Source of the DNA: Vibrio vulnificus CMCP6
Lineage (GTDB): Bacteria > Pseudomonadota > Gammaproteobacteria > Enterobacterales > Vibrionaceae
Reading direction: 5' to 3'
DNA: 32,000 nt
Assembly: GCF_000039765.1 (NCBI RefSeq)
Contig: NC_004459.3
Span: forward strand, 300,001-332,000
Numbering within the stretch: position 1 is the stretch's first letter; the number at the start of each line of letters is the position of its first letter. A program made the position numbers and the translations under genes. Below the pieces are notes generated by a model. The model saw only the letters and a list, made by a program, of their open reading frames with translations. It was not told where the DNA came from and did no database searches. Shown in pieces: positions 11,146-20,276 of this stretch.

Positions 11146-12252
11146 TCAACTTTCTTTTGCTTTGATGTGTGCAATGATGCGGATATCCGGCCCAACCATT
11201 CGCACATCTTTAATGTCTAAATCGATCACTTGCGACATGGCTTGCAAACCCAGCGCACCCATCAATCCACGTCCATCGCTGCCCATCAGTTTTGGGGCAA
11301 GGTAAACAATCAGTTCGTCCACCAACTGGTGTTTTATCAGTCCAGCGGCCAGCGTTGCTCCCGCTTCAACCCAAAGATGGTTAATTAACTGCGTTTGACT
11401 CAGTTGCGCGAACAGTTGCGGCAAATCGATCTGTCCGTGCTCATCCAAAGGTGCAGGGAGATCGCCTTTGGGACCAACAATGAGTCGCTCACCCTCGGTT
11501 TGGTAAAGTTTTAGCTCCGGCGAAAGCTCGGCTTGTCTGTCTAACACAACACGAGTGGGCTGACGCAGCTGCTCTTGCGGTAAAGCGCGTTGCACAGATG
11601 AAGGTAACTCGGACCAACGAACATTAAGAGACGCATTGTCAGCGAGCACCGTTTTACTGGTGGACAAAATCGCCCCTGATTGCGCCCGAAAACGTTGCAC
11701 ATCTCGGCGAGCTTGTGGAGAGGTGATCCACTGACTCTTGCCATTGGCTAAAGCCGTTTGACCATCGAGGGACGCGGCCATTTTGAGTTGAACAAACGGC
11801 ATGCCCATTTTCATTCGCTTAATAAAAGCAGGATTCAGTGCTTCTGCTTCTGCTTGAAGTAGGCCCACCGATACCTCGATCCCTGCCTCTCGCAACATGG
11901 CAAAACCTCTCCCCGCGACTTGGGGGTTTGGGTCTTCCATTGCACACACCACTCGGCTTACCCCAGCTTTAATTAAGCCTTCCGCACACGGGGGCGTTCG
12001 ACCATAGTGTGAACAAGGCTCTAGCGTGACATAAGCGGTCGCACCTTTGGCTTTGTCACCAGCCATGCGCATCGCGTGCACTTCCGCATGAGGCTCGCCA
12101 GCGCGAAAGTGAAAACCTTCTCCGACAATTTCGCCGTCGCGCAGTAAGACACAACCAACATTAGGATTAGGTGCGGTGGTATAGAGGCCGCGTTTCGCCA
12201 AAGCAATGGCGCGCAGCATCATTTGTCTATCGATTGCAGTAAATTCCGACAT
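11146..12252 (-). CDS. ribD: Bifunctional diaminohydroxyphosphoribosylaminopyrimidine deaminase / 5-amino-6-(5-phosphoribosylamino)uracil reductase
   Basis: HAEVHAMRMAG, PCSHYGRTPPCAEGL, reductase MAASLDGQTALANGKSQWIT. Confidence 0.95.
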   Translation of the reverse strand: MSEFTAIDRQMMLRAIALAKRGLYTTAPNPNVGCVLLRDGEIVGEGFHFRAGEPHAEVHAMRMAGDKAKGATAYVTLEPCSHYGRTPPCAEGLIKAGVSRVVCAMEDPNPQVAGRGFAMLREAGIEVSVGLLQAEAEALNPAFIKRMKMGMPFVQLKMAASLDGQTALANGKSQWITSPQARRDVQRFRAQSGAILSTSKTVLADNASLNVRWSELPSSVQRALPQEQLRQPTRVVLDRQAELSPELKLYQTEGERLIVGPKGDLPAPLDEHGQIDLPQLFAQLSQTQLINHLWVEAGATLAAGLIKHQLVDELIVYLAPKLMGSDGRGLMGALGLQAMSQVIDLDIKDVRMVGPDIRIIAHIKAKES

Positions 12253-12271
12253 GGTGAACCGTTACCTTGCG

Positions 12272-12721
12272 TTAATCTTCCAATCTGGCGATTTCCTCAC
12301 CAAATTCACGAATATCTTCAAAACTACGGTATACGGAAGCAAAGCGAATATAGGCCACTTTGTCTAAATCTTTGAGCTGTTCCATCACCAAGTTGCCGAT
12401 CATTTTGCTCGGCACTTCACGCTCGCCAGTGGCACGTAATTTGGATTTGATCATGCTGATCGCCAATTCAATTGCATCGGCACTGACAGGACGTTTCTCT
12501 AAAGCACGCTGAATACCACCAACCATCTTGTCTTCATTGAACGGCTCACGGTTGCCATTGGATTTGATCACCTTTGGCATTAACAACTCCGCGGTTTCAA
12601 ACGTGGTAAAACGTTCGTTACAGGCGAGGCACTGACGACGGCGACGTACTTGATGACCATCGGCCACCAAACGCGAATCAATTACTTTGGTGTCATTTTC
12701 TGAACAGAAAGGACAATGCAT
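12272..12721 (-). CDS. nrdR: Transcriptional repressor NrdR (149 aa, start [10 protein letters not shown])
   Basis: Zn-ribbon CPFC...[20 protein letters not shown]-cone domain. Confidence 0.96.
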
Positions 12722-12852
12722 ATCACCTCCCAATGATGCATAGATCCATCTGCACGCTATTGCGAATATCCGTGGTAATACAGCGCATCACGGCGGCAAA
12801 GCAGGTGCAGAACTTGCGGCTAGTTTAGCGGAATTGCTAGGCCGAATAAAAC

Positions 12853-12877
12853 AAAAAGGGGCGTGATGCCCCTTTTT
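12853..12877. terminator. Terminator between proA and nrdR
   Basis: AAAAAGGGGC-gtgat-GCCCCTTTTT; symmetric, consistent with termination of proBA. Confidence 0.88.
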
Positions 12878-12921
12878 CAAAACGGTTTAGACCGGATATG
12901 TTAACTCAAACTCGATTACGC

Positions 12922-14172
12922 TTACGCGCGTGAAAGGTAATTCGCCTTGCCAACCCATTTGTAACTGGTTAACTCTTCTAATCCCATTGGACCACGTGCG
13001 TGCAATTTCTGAGTAGACACCGCCACTTCTGCGCCCAAACCAAATTGTGCGCCATCGGTAAAGCGTGTCGATGCGTTGACATACACCGCCGCAGAGCCCG
13101 CCGAGTTGATAAACAACTCAGCATTTTGCAGATGGTTCGTCATGATGGCATCAGAGTGACTCGCGTTATGTTCACGCATGTGGTCGATCGCTTCTTGCAC
13201 ATCCGCAACCACTTTAACTCCCAGCGTGTAACTCAACCATTCGGTATCAAAATCACCATCACTCGCATCACGCACCTGTTCAGCTTTAGTCATGTACGCT
13301 TTGGCTTTTGGCTCAACAACAAAAGTCACTTTGCCATTGAGTTTTGCCACCAGCATCGGAAGAAACTGCTCTGCGATACGCTCATGAACAAGTAAGGTAT
13401 CCAGCGCATTACAAGCGGAAGGACGCTGAGCTTTTGCATTCTCCACCACATCCACGCTTTTCGCGAGATCAGCCGTTTCATCAACAAAAATATGGCTGAT
13501 ACCGAAACCACCAATGATCACAGGGATGGTGCTGTTCTCTTTACACATTTTGTGCAGCCCCGCGCCACCACGAGGGATGATCATGTCAACGTAATCGTCC
13601 AGTTTCAGCAATTGAGTGACCAGCTCACGATCCGGTTTTTCAATGTACTGCACCGATGCCGCTGGCAAGCCAGCTTTCGCTAACGCCGATTGAATCACCT
13701 TCACCAACTCCATGTTGGAGAAGAAGGTTTCTTTTCCGCCACGTAGGATGCTCGCATTGCCGGTTTTTAGGCACAATGCCGCGATGTCGATAGTGACATT
13801 TGGGCGCGCTTCGTAAATCACACCAACCACGCCAAGCGGCACACGACGGCGTGACAGCTGCATGCCATTTTCCAACACTTTACTGTCGATTTCGCTACCG
13901 ACCGGATCCGTTAGGCTGATCACGTTACGTACATCGTTGGCGATGCCATTCAAGCGAGATTCATTCAAAAGTAAACGATCCAGCATCGCTTCGCTCAAAC
14001 CCGCTTGTCGACCGAGTTCGATATCTTTGCTGTTTGCCGCCAAAATATCCGCCGCATTCGCTTCAAGTTCATCCGCAATGATGGCCAATGCTTTGTTCTT
14101 TTGCGCCGTAGAAGCGGTGGCAAGCTGAAAAGCAGCATCTTTTGCCGCTTTGCCTAATGTGATTAAATCCAC
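12922..14172 (-). CDS. proA: Gamma-glutamyl phosphate reductase
   Basis: 416 aa; [45 protein letters not shown]. Confidence 0.96.
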   Translation of the reverse strand: MDLITLGKAAKDAAFQLATASTAQKNKALAIIADELEANAADILAANSKDIELGRQAGLSEAMLDRLLLNESRLNGIANDVRNVISLTDPVGSEIDSKVLENGMQLSRRRVPLGVVGVIYEARPNVTIDIAALCLKTGNASILRGGKETFFSNMELVKVIQSALAKAGLPAASVQYIEKPDRELVTQLLKLDDYVDMIIPRGGAGLHKMCKENSTIPVIIGGFGISHIFVDETADLAKSVDVVENAKAQRPSACNALDTLLVHERIAEQFLPMLVAKLNGKVTFVVEPKAKAYMTKAEQVRDASDGDFDTEWLSYTLGVKVVADVQEAIDHMREHNASHSDAIMTNHLQNAELFINSAGSAAVYVNASTRFTDGAQFGLGAEVAVSTQKLHARGPMGLEELTSYKWVGKANYLSRA

Positions 14173-14202
14173 TTTGTTGTCCTCTTTGATTCTGGTGAGC
14201 GA

Positions 14203-15341
14203 CTATTCTTGAATGACAACCATGTCGTCACGGTGAATCACTTCTGAACCATAGTCATAGCCCAGAATCGAAATAATGTCTTTGCTGTGCTTACCGGCAA
14301 TTTTCGCCATATCTTGGTTGGAATAACTCGCAATACCTCGCGCAACCAAATGGCCTTGTGCATCCGTTACACGGACCACTTCACCACGAGAAAACTCGCC
14401 AAGTACTTTGGTCACCCCTTTCGCCAACAAACTGCTGCTTTTTCGACCACGGCTTTCACCGCACCTTGGTCAATCACAATATCACCAGAGGCCGCAGGGC
14501 CAGCGAGAATCCAACGCTTGCGGTTTTCCAACGCCTCTTCACAAGGCAAGAAACGGGTTCCTTGAGGGGCTGGGCTCAACGCATCAAAAATGACATTTTG
14601 ACCACGGCCTGCCGCAATGATGACTTCAATGCCAGCACGACGCGCAATGTCCGCAGCTTGGAGCTTTGTTGCCATCCCACCAGTACCTAATGTTGTACCG
14701 CTGCCACCAGCAATTTTACGCAAAGTATCGTCAATGACTTTAACTTCTTTGATCAGCTCAGCATTGGGATCTTTACGCGGATCGGCGGTATACAAGCCTT
14801 TTTGGTCTGTCAGCAACAGTAGTTTATCAGCACCACATAAAATGCCCACCAACGCAGAGAGGTTGTCGTTGTCACCCACTTTGATTTCGCTCGTGGCGAC
14901 GGCGTCATTTTCATTAACGACAGGGATAATGCCGTTATCCACTAACGCGTTAATCGTATCTCGAGCATTGAGAAAACGTTCGCGATCTTCGAGATCCGCT
15001 CGAGTGAGCAACATTTGGCCAATTTTGATGCCATACAGTGCAAATAACGATTCCCAAGTTTGAATCAACTGACTTTGCCCAACCGCAGCAAGCAACTGTT
15101 TGCTTGCCATCGCATTGGGCAGCGCGGGGTAACCTAAGTGCTCACGTCCAGCGGCAATCGCGCCTGACGAGACGACCACCACAGAGTGGCCTTGTTTTTT
15201 TAACTCTGCACATTGGCGCGCAAGCTCAACCATATGAGCGCGATCTAACGCTAATGTACCACCGGTCAATACACTGGTTCCAAGCTTCACAACAATAGTT
15301 TTTGGTTGAGAAGCTGCGACGCTTTGTTGATTCGTTGTCAT
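14203..15341 (-). pseudogene. proB: Glutamate 5-kinase, frameshifted (catalytic domain plus start of PUA in ORF 14412-15392; rest of PUA in ORF 14203-14430)
   Basis: First ORF ends ...[19 protein letters not shown]; second continues (L)[20 protein letters not shown]...[17 protein letters not shown]. Adding one nt near 14437-14439 (GAAAAAGGCAGC instead of GAAAAAGCAGC) restores [15 protein letters not shown] and a 379-aa ProB. Confidence 0.88.
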
Positions 15342-15411
15342 GATGTCTTCTGAAATGAAACACAAAAATAGAGAAGATGTTTTAACAATCAAATGAAGAA
15401 TTCACAAGCAG

Positions 15412-15436
15412 AAAAGGTGCGAAAATCGCACCTTTT
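15412..15436. terminator. Terminator downstream of crl
   Basis: AAAGGTGCGA-aaa-TCGCACCTTT perfect 10-bp stem flanked by A/T runs. Confidence 0.85.
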
Positions 15437-15464
15437 TGATTTAGGTAGTTCCAAGAGGATGAAA

Positions 15465-15854
15465 TCAGACAAATTCCACAGACTGCTCGTGATACGCCAC
15501 GCTTAGCTGAAAATTTTCTTCCAAGGTTTTGACTAATTTGAGGTGAAAACAGTTCTGGGTTTTGTTCACTTCTTCAAGTGCATTTTTAGGAATAGCCAAA
15601 TCGAGCCAGTTCCCTTCAACATCATATTTTCCAATATGATAGTTTGCTGTAAAGCCTCCCTCAGTCGCTTCCAGCTCCATCCACCAGCCCCAAAACTCGC
15701 GCAACTCTGGTGATTTTCGATCATCAATACAAACAGACAAGCAATCAAAGTAGTAAAGCCCTTCCTTAGATTGAGGGTCTCTCAAGTAAGGCCCCATCGC
15801 TCGCAATTTTGCCAATAAACGATTGTGGGTAGGGTTGTTCGTCACTTCTGACAT
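15465..15854 (-). CDS. crl: Sigma factor-binding protein Crl (start [14 protein letters not shown])
   Basis: [43 protein letters not shown], typical Crl; crl-proB neighbourhood. Confidence 0.95.
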   Translation of the reverse strand: MSEVTNNPTHNRLLAKLRAMGPYLRDPQSKEGLYYFDCLSVCIDDRKSPELREFWGWWMELEATEGGFTANYHIGKYDVEGNWLDLAIPKNALEEVNKTQNCFHLKLVKTLEENFQLSVAYHEQSVEFV

Positions 15855-15959
15855 GTGAATCTCCATTTTCTTCAATGTTAAGAATGACAATAATTTTTAT
15901 TTATCATGAGCTTAAATTTTCAGGCTCATATATCACTCTTGACTAAATTAGGAGATTTG

Positions 15960-17207
15960 TCACCTTAAGAGTTCATCTTCCAGCCACTTTATCGCTAAAT
16001 CGAGGGATTGCTCATATCCTTGTGTAATTGTTTTGGAACTGATTTTCTTCGCTTTTCCATAAGTGCTAAAAAAAGCAACCATCTGATTATCCGAATATGG
16101 CGAGACCGGATCCCCTTCTAAGCTCATCGCCAAGATAGGCACCTTGGTTTTACGACTGCTCAAAAAGCCTTGTACTTTCAGTGACCACGCGGCCATTTGC
16201 CCCGATAAGCTGTAAATATCTACCACACTCTTACCTAAACGCGAGGCTAAGACATCGAGATACATCTTCGGCATTTGCTGCAATTTCTGTGGGGAGGCAA
16301 AAATATCATGAATAGGTGCGCCTAAGATAACGCACGCTTTGATCTTTTCTTGCTCAAGGAACGAGAGCCTCACCATGGCGTTACCGCCAAAACGAAAGCC
16401 GATCAAACCCACTCGATGATGATCGACATAAGGAATAGAGAAAAGCTCGTTCAACACCGCTTGGTGAAGGCGACTGTAATCCTCCGTTAATGGGTATTTT
16501 GAGCTGTACCCCACCGATGGCATGTCTACTGTCAACATGGCAATATCGTGCTTGGCAAGGTGATCTCGAAATAGACGCCACATGTCGGTTTGCAGACTGT
16601 CTAATCCCGCACTCACAATAACCACAGGATGCGGTTTATCCGTATTGGTCAGATGCAAGTGCGCGGTGATCTTCCCTTTCTCAAATGGGATCTCGAGCTG
16701 CTTAATGATGTATTTGCTTTTTTTCGCGGCTTCAAGATAAGCGCTGTTGGCCAAAACTTGTGCTTGAATGGCCAAATTATCGCTCTTGAGGTGTGGGTAA
16801 CCTGCGATGCTGTAACACAAGGATGCGGAGAAGAGCGCTTCCGATGCTGCTTCATTCGTCATCTCACCGGCACGCTTTTGATGCTCCATACCGAGCCTCG
16901 TCCATTCATAAGCCCAGTTACCACTGTGATATCCCATCACCGTATCGAGCCATTGCTCATCAGTGCGTGAATGTTTGGAAGAGGCAATACGAGCCAATAC
17001 TTGTTCTTGCTCAATAGGATCGACACCTTGCCACACCCATTGCAAGCGACGAAGGTTGCGATACCAAGAAAAACCATTCTTCTCTTTAATTTCATCAAGT
17101 AAGGATTGGCTGGTCGGCATGTATTGAGTCAATGCCGAGGTTTCTTTGGCTTGCTTATGTTTGACAAATAGCGTTTCTGACAGGTTTTTGCTGACTTCTT
17201 CTGACAT
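15960..17207 (-). CDS. frsA: FrsA, alpha/beta-hydrolase-fold fermentation-respiration switch protein (start MSEEVSKNLSETLFVKH, 415 aa)
   Basis: Recognisable FrsA sequence: MPTSQSLLDEIKEKNGFSWYRNLRRLQWVWQG..., RVGLIGFRFGGNAMVRLS; next to crl and gpt. Confidence 0.93.
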   Translation of the reverse strand: MSEEVSKNLSETLFVKHKQAKETSALTQYMPTSQSLLDEIKEKNGFSWYRNLRRLQWVWQGVDPIEQEQVLARIASSKHSRTDEQWLDTVMGYHSGNWAYEWTRLGMEHQKRAGEMTNEAASEALFSASLCYSIAGYPHLKSDNLAIQAQVLANSAYLEAAKKSKYIIKQLEIPFEKGKITAHLHLTNTDKPHPVVIVSAGLDSLQTDMWRLFRDHLAKHDIAMLTVDMPSVGYSSKYPLTEDYSRLHQAVLNELFSIPYVDHHRVGLIGFRFGGNAMVRLSFLEQEKIKACVILGAPIHDIFASPQKLQQMPKMYLDVLASRLGKSVVDIYSLSGQMAAWSLKVQGFLSSRKTKVPILAMSLEGDPVSPYSDNQMVAFFSTYGKAKKISSKTITQGYEQSLDLAIKWLEDELLR

Positions 17208-17321
17208 ATTCGGGCTCAGAGTGACATTCCAAAAGACTAAAAAACAAATACGGCTCAGTGGCTTAATACTCTTTCCATGCAAGAGTGTGTGCGCCTAAAA
17301 GCCAAATCAGTATAACAGTAT

Positions 17322-17349
17322 AAAAAAAAATGACCCGTAAAAGGGTCAT
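17322..17349 (-). terminator. Rho-independent terminator of gpt
   Basis: TGACCC-gtaaaa-GGGTCA stem with 9 A on the plus strand (U-tract on the minus transcript). Confidence 0.9.
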
Positions 17350-17369
17350 TCTCTCAACAAAATCAGGAT

Positions 17370-17834
17370 TTACTTCTGCTTTCGGTTTACTGGTTCAGCG
17401 TAAGCCAATGCCATATCCCATGGCTGCTCAATCCAAGTATCTTGAGCGATGTCGACGACATAATCATCCAACAACTCTTTACCAGAAGGTTTTGCACAAA
17501 CCGCAATCAGTTTCGCTTTAGGGTACATTTCACGCAGTTTACGCGCGGTGTCACCGCTATCAACTAGATCTTCAACGATTAGGTAGCCTTCGCCGTCACC
17601 TTCCGGTGCTTTCAGTACAGTCATATCACGTTGATGATCGTGGTCATAGCTGGAAATACAGATGGTGTCGACATAGCGAATACCTAGCTCACGAGCCAGA
17701 ATAGCCCCAGGAACCAAACCACCACGGCTCACTGCCCAAATGCCTTTCCATTGGTCTGCTGGCATCTGTTTTTCAGCAAGTTGACGGCAGTAAGTTTGCA
17801 TGGCGTCCCAGGTAATAACGAATTTGTTGCTCAT
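17370..17834 (-). CDS. gpt: Xanthine-guanine phosphoribosyltransferase
   Basis: 154 aa; PRTase motif [22 protein letters not shown]. Confidence 0.95.
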   Translation of the reverse strand: MSNKFVITWDAMQTYCRQLAEKQMPADQWKGIWAVSRGGLVPGAILARELGIRYVDTICISSYDHDHQRDMTVLKAPEGDGEGYLIVEDLVDSGDTARKLREMYPKAKLIAVCAKPSGKELLDDYVVDIAQDTWIEQPWDMALAYAEPVNRKQK

Positions 17835-17882
17835 TGTAATAACCTAATTATTTGAAAAATCTATTGTCCCAAACAGACAACA

Positions 17883-17904
17883 GGCTCTCATAAAGATGAG
17901 AGCC
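17883..17904. other. Hairpin between the permease and gpt (weak terminator or processing/attenuation element)
   Basis: GGCTCTCAT-aaag-ATGAGAGCC 9-bp perfect stem; no clean U-tract. Confidence 0.5.
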
Positions 17905-17978
17905 CGAAACGTAACAGAAAGTTTGGGTATCGAGCTGCGCAAACGATTATTCTACCGGAACGCAACTCTAAAAGCTAT

Positions 17979-19268
17979 TTAAGCCACCAGATACTTGATG
18001 ATAAAAATAGCCGACATAATCCAGACGCTGAGTGAAACATCACGCCCTTTTCCGCTGAACAATTTAATGGCAGCGTACGCGATGAAACCTAAAGAAATCC
18101 CTTCTGCAATCGAGAAAGTCAGTGGCATCAGCAAGCATGTCACAACAACAGGAGCCGCCTCGGTTAAGTCGCGCCAATCAATGCTGACCAATCCAGAAAG
18201 CATCAAAATTGCCACGTAGAACAGGGCACCCGCTGTTGCGTACGCGGGAATCATGCCTGCCAGTGGTGAGAAGAACAGTGCCAATAGGAATAGCACACCC
18301 ACGACAACCGCCGTTAAACCTGTACGGCCACCAGCCGCCACACCAGAGACACTTTCGATGTAAGACGTTGTGTTTGATGTCCCTAGTAGCGCACCTACAG
18401 AAGTCGCTGTTGAGTCAGCCAGCAGTGCTTTGTTCAAACGTGGCAGTTTGCCATCTTTCTCAATCAGGTTCGCTTTGGTTGCAACACCCACGAGCGTGCC
18501 CGCTGTGTCGAACAAGTCAACGAACAAGAAAGCAAACACCACTGAAATCATGCCTACTTCAAATACCGCAGAGAAGTCCAGTTGCATGAACGTAGGCGCA
18601 ATACTTGGTGGGGTTGACATCACACCCGCCCATTGGACATCACCAAACACCAAACCAAGTGCCGTCACAGCTAAGATCGCAATCATTACTGCCCCTTTCA
18701 CACCACGGTGAACCAGTGCAATAGTCAAAAAGAAACCAAAAGCCGCCAGAGCTGGTGCGAGAGAAGTGATATCGCCAAGAGAAACAAACGTCGCAGGATT
18801 ATCAACAACAATGCCTGCATTTTTCAGAGCAATGAACGCAAGGAACAAGCCGATACCCGCTGAGATCCCCGTTCTCAAAGAGAGCGGAATCGAGTTGATG
18901 ATCCACTCACGAATTTTGAAGATGCTCAACAGGATAAAAAGCACACCCGACACAAATACGGCCGCCAATGCGACTTGCCAGGTGTATCCCATTCCCAGAA
19001 CAACCGCGTAGGTAAAGAAGGCATTTAAGCCCATACCTGGCGCCTGTGCGATTGGGTAGTTGGCAAGTAGACCCATAATGAAACAGCCAATTGCTGCGGC
19101 AAGACAGGTAGCAACAAACACGGCACCACGGTCCATTCCCGCATCAGCTAGAATCGCTGGGTTAACAAAAATGATGTAAGCCATCGTCAAGAAGGTAGTA
19201 ATACCTGCAATGATCTCAGTGCGCACATTTGTGCCATGTTCGCTGAGTTTAAATAGCCTTTCGAGCAT
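17979..19268 (-). CDS. NCS2 family nucleobase (guanine/hypoxanthine/adenine-type) permease
   Basis: 429 aa polytopic: TEIIAGITTFLTMAYIIFVNPAIL, APGMGLNAFFTY, LFVDLFDTAGTLVGVA, GTSNTTSYIESVSGVAAGGRTGLTAV. Confidence 0.93.
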   Translation of the reverse strand: MLERLFKLSEHGTNVRTEIIAGITTFLTMAYIIFVNPAILADAGMDRGAVFVATCLAAAIGCFIMGLLANYPIAQAPGMGLNAFFTYAVVLGMGYTWQVALAAVFVSGVLFILLSIFKIREWIINSIPLSLRTGISAGIGLFLAFIALKNAGIVVDNPATFVSLGDITSLAPALAAFGFFLTIALVHRGVKGAVMIAILAVTALGLVFGDVQWAGVMSTPPSIAPTFMQLDFSAVFEVGMISVVFAFLFVDLFDTAGTLVGVATKANLIEKDGKLPRLNKALLADSTATSVGALLGTSNTTSYIESVSGVAAGGRTGLTAVVVGVLFLLALFFSPLAGMIPAYATAGALFYVAILMLSGLVSIDWRDLTEAAPVVVTCLLMPLTFSIAEGISLGFIAYAAIKLFSGKGRDVSLSVWIMSAIFIIKYLVA

Positions 19269-19290
19269 GATCGAATCCTGTAAAGGTAAA

Positions 19291-19306
19291 AAGTAAACGG
19301 TTGCGT
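19291..19306. promoter_or_regulatory. Candidate PurR operator upstream of the NCS2 permease
   Basis: AAGTAAACGGTTGCGT, 13/16 match to ACGCAAACGTTTGCGT, 22 nt upstream of the permease start codon. Confidence 0.55.
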
Positions 19307-19614
19307 AATCGATTGGCTGCAGATTATAAAGTTATCAAATAACAAATTCCAGATAGATTTTTCACTCTAATAAAGATTTCTCGCTGGATTATGAAACCAA
19401 TTCAGCAAGAAAAATTAGCCGCTATTATTTTTCCTTTAAGAAACAACCAGAAAAAACAGGGGCTTTAGAAGATAAACTGAAGAATAAATCGACAATGTCG
19501 TAAACTTACACGGAATAACGAGGAAAAATTGCAGAGTTTACATGTAAGAAATGCGGCGGATTCGATTGGTTTCGGAAGTGAGGTCTGTTCTCGTATCACT
19601 AATATTGAGAAAAC

Positions 19615-19642
19615 AAAAAAACGCCACTCAATTTGAGTGGCG
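19615..19642 (-). terminator. Strong Rho-independent terminator on the minus strand, not attributable to any annotated gene
   Basis: CGCCACTCA-att-TGAGTGGCG (19622-19642) followed on the minus strand by 7 U (plus-strand A 19615-19621). Confidence 0.85.
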
Positions 19643-19733
19643 GTAGAATCATGTCAGTTCGATTACTGAAAGAAAATTCCAATTTAGGGGTGAACAAATC
19701 GTTCGGGGGTCACATGCACTTGGTTAGCGTACG

Positions 19734-19823
19734 TTACTTGTAACCAAAGCTTGTTGGGTATGCAAAGTTGCTGGTGTAAACAGAGTTGTTTGTCCAAAAC
19801 ATTGCAGATGCTAAACCTTTCAT
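19734..19823 (-). CDS. Possible unannotated small protein, 29 aa: MKGLASAMFWTNNSVYTSNFAYPTSFGYK
   Basis: ATG preceded by AAGGTG SD (TAAGGTGATAGTTATG), stop TAA, downstream terminator at 19615-19642, candidate -10 TATATT (19934-19939) and -35 TTGTAA (19956-19961) with 16-nt spacer. Confidence 0.5.
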   Translation of the reverse strand: MKGLASAMFWTNNSVYTSNFAYPTSFGYK

Positions 19824-20276
19824 AACTATCACCTTATTAAATCAATTAAACACGTTTGATTTCTCGGTTCCTTGGAGGCGATAAACGGACTCATCCTTTG
19901 AGCATTTTGTCTTCGCTTTAGAAGTTGGTTACAAATATACCACCAAGAAATTTTATTACAATACTTTTAGTGATTAAAATCACATAAATTTCATTTAATG
20001 ATCTATATCAAGTTAATTTGGTAATTAAATTACAGAATTATCAAACTCAAAATAGGTTAAGTTACAGAGCATAACCAACCAATTGAGTAAGCGCTGACAG
20101 CGATGTTCACATTCTGTGACAGTGCACTTGTAAACAGCCTGTGACTGGCACTACTCGGCTCTGCTTGCAAGTGATATCCTTGCTCACAACTTATTATCTG
20201 CTGAACCCACAACCATCTAATCTACTGGGCTAACAGCAGTGCCATCATCCGGCAAACCTAGAAAAAGGAGTCATCT

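Noticed and set aside
17936-17955. GCGCAAACGATTATTC upstream of gpt as a third PurR box.
   Set aside because: Only about 10/16 match with one degenerate half-site; too weak to claim.
19370-19420. Possible purine riboswitch in the permease leader (GGTTTCATAATCCAGCGAG on the minus strand).
   Set aside because: Lacks the GTTTCTACC and CCGTAAA-type core segments; a PurR-like operator explains regulation better.
19528-19581. Plus-strand IAEFTCKKCGGFDWFRK*, a zinc-ribbon-like CxxC string.
   Set aside because: Only 17 codons, no ATG/GTG/TTG start in frame (an ATT would be required), preceded by a stop; probably coincidence.
19860-19900. Hammerhead ribozyme-like string GATGAGTCCGT (minus strand).
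   Set aside because: The required downstream GAAA core and flanking stems I/III are absent.
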